Positions 60,631 to 64,000 of a stretch of DNA of 64,000 bases are shown here, in pieces. Location: positions 50,216-114,215 of the forward strand of contig JAUCBJ010003342.1 in assembly GCA_032718475.1 (NCBI GenBank), written 5' to 3'. The stretch comes from Nemertoderma westbladi. Lineage: Eukaryota > Animalia > Xenacoelomorpha. The position numbers and the translations under genes are program-made. Each line of letters opens with the position of its first letter. Position 1 is the first letter of the stretch. The notes under the pieces were generated by a model that did not search any database, was not told the DNA's origin, and was given only the letters and a program-made list of their open reading frames with translations.

Positions 60631-61802
60631 TGTTCGCGCTTTCAGACCTTTAGCAGTTTAACCTGCCAAATTTAGATGTCTTCTAGATTATAAATCGACT
60701 TTAGCCTATGACGAGTATTTGATACACTACATTAGCCGAAGCCAGTCTATGCGCGACCATTCACCCGCTGGATATACCCGGGAGACTGGATTCGGAAGCT
60801 TTGACCTTATTGCGGTGTAGGCCTACTGTATTATTCGACTGATCGTTAATATATAATTTCTGACAAATATTATTCACTTTCGGGAAATATTAACAGTTCC
60901 TTTAGGACGTGGCGCTCTAAATATGTAAACAGAGTTATGACTTACACTAGACACAACGGGATGGCTATTGATTCACGTATAAAGCGCATTCTTTAGGAGA
61001 TGCTTTGTTATCAGTCACAATCATGCACAGTACCGCACAATACTGCACACCGATCTGCCGACCTTCACTAATTTTAGTCACATATAAAGAGAACAACAAC
61101 CGACACATGTAGTGCCTATGAAATAGCATTAGATTCACTCCAAAACCAATATAATGTAAGTCACAATTGTTATATGTAACCGGTCTCTTACCTTCAGTAT
61201 ATCAAGAAGATTGGGGGTTTTATAATTATTTATCGCTATTATCCAATATAATAATATTCCATCAACTGATATAATTAATAACCGACAGTAAATAGCAGTA
61301 AAAATGCGGTGTTTGTAGTTGACAATATGATTTGACACACTGACTTGCATGAGTTGATATGATTAGGTGAGGTAACAGTTATACGTTTCTATGATCAAGC
61401 CTACTAATGTTTGGCTAAAGCCTGAAACACAGAAATTCCAAAGCCGGTCTTCTGGCTGTGGACAAAATACACATACTGACTGAATTGCATGAGTTTCTGT
61501 ATACAATCTCCAACACAGAGTGAAAACCGCTCTGATTGGTCGACCGAACAAAGAACAAAGAAAAGTCACACGGCGGACACAGCTGATAGATGTCGTCATC
61601 GGAGTTCCGATGTTTAGAGTATTTGGCTTATTGCGACATAAAATCGCTAGTTATGTCCGCTAAAGTACACATACAGAAGAAATGGCTTTTTATGTCCACT
61701 AAAACACCGGTACAGTAAGGAAACGGCTTTTTATGTCCGTTAAAACAACTACAGAGTACTTTGCGGGGAAAATAACCAGCTAATTCCGCAAAAGCCTTTA
61801 CA
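60631..61802 (-). repeat. 5' LTR of element B (1172 bp)
   Basis: Matches 39387-40568; TTCAGTCAGT initiator-like motif at 61484-61475. Confidence 0.95.
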
Positions 61803-61930
61803 TTCTCCATACATTATAGAATTGTCGCTATGGCAGTATCACAGCCGATCCTGTCCCGATATGCAGTTTGATTATTGTGGAGTTTGATATTGATGAGGAA
61901 GTCGGTGAGAACGATACGTTCGAACACCTT
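61803..61930 (-). mobile_element. 5' piece of the non-LTR RT split by element B
   Basis: KVFERIVL..LHNNQTAYRDRIGCDTAIATIL (RT QxGFR region). Confidence 0.75.
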
Positions 61931-62154
61931 CAACCATCTCCATTTCGCGAATACGCTAATCAACATGAACCTACCAGTTCTCGGCAACCACATAAAAAAT
62001 TGTATACTGCAATTCCGAAACTGACCCAATGTTTTCCCTCTTTGGGGCCAGTTTGGGAACTTTTGAGGCCCATGGACCCCCAAATTGCCAAAGTGCAGAA
62101 AGCGCAAGATGTGACGCAGCTACGAATAGGTGCTGCCTACAATGATACATTGGC

Positions 62155-62555
62155 TATCATTAGAAAGCTTGCGTTGCAAGGATTCGAAATATGTAACAAT
62201 ATCTGAATTTCATTGAGAAACAGCTGAGATATCGGCGTTCAAAGATTGCAAGCTGTAATGTTCGCTGAATGCCATTTATTCTATTTAATAAATACATAAT
62301 GTTCTGGAACGTGTTATTTATTTTATGAGTTGGTAGGCAACAGCAGATACCAATACACCCAATACATCTATTGTGTAGCTATTCATACTTAAACAAAATG
62401 TCCCAGAACATCGTGTATTTATTAAATAGAATAAATGGCCTTCAGCGAACGATAATTCATGCAATCTTTGAACTCCTATATCTCAGCTGTTTCTCAATGA
62501 AATTCAGATATTGTTACATACTTGGAATCTTTGCAACGCAAGCTTTCTAATGATA
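62155..62555. mobile_element. MITE-like element with ~155-bp terminal inverted repeats
   Basis: tatcattagaaagcttgcgttgcaa..atgttctgg is the imperfect reverse complement of ccagaacat..ttgcaacgcaagctttctaatgata. Confidence 0.8.
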
Positions 62556-63731
62556 TGATAAAGTTACGACTAATGTGAAGAATGACCACGATACGGAGGG
62601 TACGATTTCGCAAAAGACACTTTAAAACGCCTATAAAAAAATTTAAAGGCAAAATCGAAAATTCCGACTACATGGGGTCAACCACGGTGAGTTAAACTAC
62701 AGTAGTTATGTTTCAAAGTTCAAGCAATATGATAAAGATTTGTAGAAAAATCTGGGGGGGGGGGTCCGTGTCATCAGAAAATAACACTATATTACGGTTC
62801 ATGGTGTATAATGGTACAGTTACTGTGCATCCATTTATTTATAAGGAATGTGAGTACCTGTTTAAATAATTAAATAATAAATAATATTGAAAGGGTGTTA
62901 AACAAAACTATTTTAAAATCAATTTACTTAGACACTTTGTAAATCTTCTCTTAGCCTAATGCATATTCGCAACTTCATTCATCTGTTGACAGGTAACGCT
63001 CCCTCCATATGTACGAGTTGGGGAGGGGGGGGGGGGGGGTTATGGATCAGGAAGGAATTGGTTGTATCCATTTAAAAAATTTCATTGTATATTTTATATT
63101 TTTTCTAGTAGGTAAATATCCCTGCCAGAATTTGTCCTGGTTTGTCCGAAGCTGCAGTATTCATGTCTGCATGTAATAATTAATTAACTGTATTTATTGT
63201 CGTAACACAGGCCCGTATCATGCGGGAGGGGGCTTTGGAGGACTGCCCCCCCACAAGACCCACTGCCCCCAGACATGTTTTGTTCACTCGTCTTGTTCAC
63301 AATTAATTAATAATAATAGTGTTGACCCCAGTGATCAATATTATTTGATACACATTGATATACTTATAATAGGATACACACTGACCTGACTCCCCACCAT
63401 TCCATTTTGGTCCAATTATATAATACTACATGACATTAACCTACCTACCTACCTGTAATTACTAAAAATACCCGACTGCTCCAGTTCTCTCATTGGCTAC
63501 CAGGGGTTGTTTGTTGTTGACCCATTGTCTAATTGTCTGTAATTTGGAGCCTGCTTACAGCTAAAAAGGCAGGCGTTGAGGGTTGCTTGCGCTGGTATCC
63601 ATATCCATAATTTGTTGTAACTTAACCTTAACCATATTATTCCTGAAGTGGGTCCTTCGCGCAGCACGTGACATAAACTTATGTAAGTGTTAACTCGAAA
63701 GTAATATAAGCAAAATCTAAGCAGATGTCCC

Positions 63732-64000
63732 TTAACCCTATTAGTACCGGGCTATAAAATGTTGTACAAATACCGGGAGGGGGTCATATTGACCCCCCCC
63801 CCTCTAAAATCTACAAATATTTACGAAAACGTCTGATTTTTTGTTTGTACGTAGGTATCACTTGTCTGGATCCGACCGAAAAAAAAATTTTCGAAAAAAT
63901 GTACTGGGGTGGTTATATTGCAGCACCAAAATTACAAGTAGTGCACAATTTTCACCAAATTTGAAAGTTACATTTTCGGCTAATTATTTTTCAATACAGG
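63732..64000. mobile_element. Possible left end of a TTAA-specific (piggyBac-type) non-autonomous element
   Basis: TTAA followed by CCCT and subterminal hairpin gggggtca-tat-tgaccccc; other end is outside the window. Confidence 0.35.

Larger units (their letters stand above)
39387..61802 (-). mobile_element. BEL/Pao LTR retrotransposon B: non-autonomous (RT, most of RH and IN deleted) with large extra ORF3; contains nested element C
   Basis: Near-identical ~1.18-kb LTRs TG..CA; TSD TTCTC at 39382-39386 and 61803-61807; PPT GGGAGCGG. Confidence 0.96.

Overview
AT-rich animal genomic DNA, probably from an arthropod (the FN2 subtype suggests a crustacean such as a copepod; this is inference). 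Bases 1-9.3 kb hold five phase-consistent minus-strand exons of a host gene encoding a signal peptide, two beta/gamma-crystallin domains and a fibronectin type II domain. Its introns contain CRE-like and Penelope remnants and minisatellites. The rest is a transposon nest dominated by three BEL/Pao LTR retrotransposons, each with paired LTRs and a 5-bp TSD: A (16597-33997, -), B (39387-61802, -) and C (42581-50196, +, inserted into B). Three observations stand out. (1) A and B carry a homologous extra ORF downstream of pol; in B it reconstructs to 1461 aa with a DEDDy/WRN-type 3'-5' exonuclease-like domain plus three CCHC knuckles. (2) None of the three has a tRNA-type (TGG) primer-binding site. 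Instead the 9-11 nt next to each 5' LTR are complementary to a ...TTAC segment inside its own LTR, suggesting self-priming. (3) A interrupts a degenerate gene with Rep_trans-like (pT181/RepD-type rolling-circle initiator) motifs. All family assignments come from motif recognition by eye; no database searches were run.
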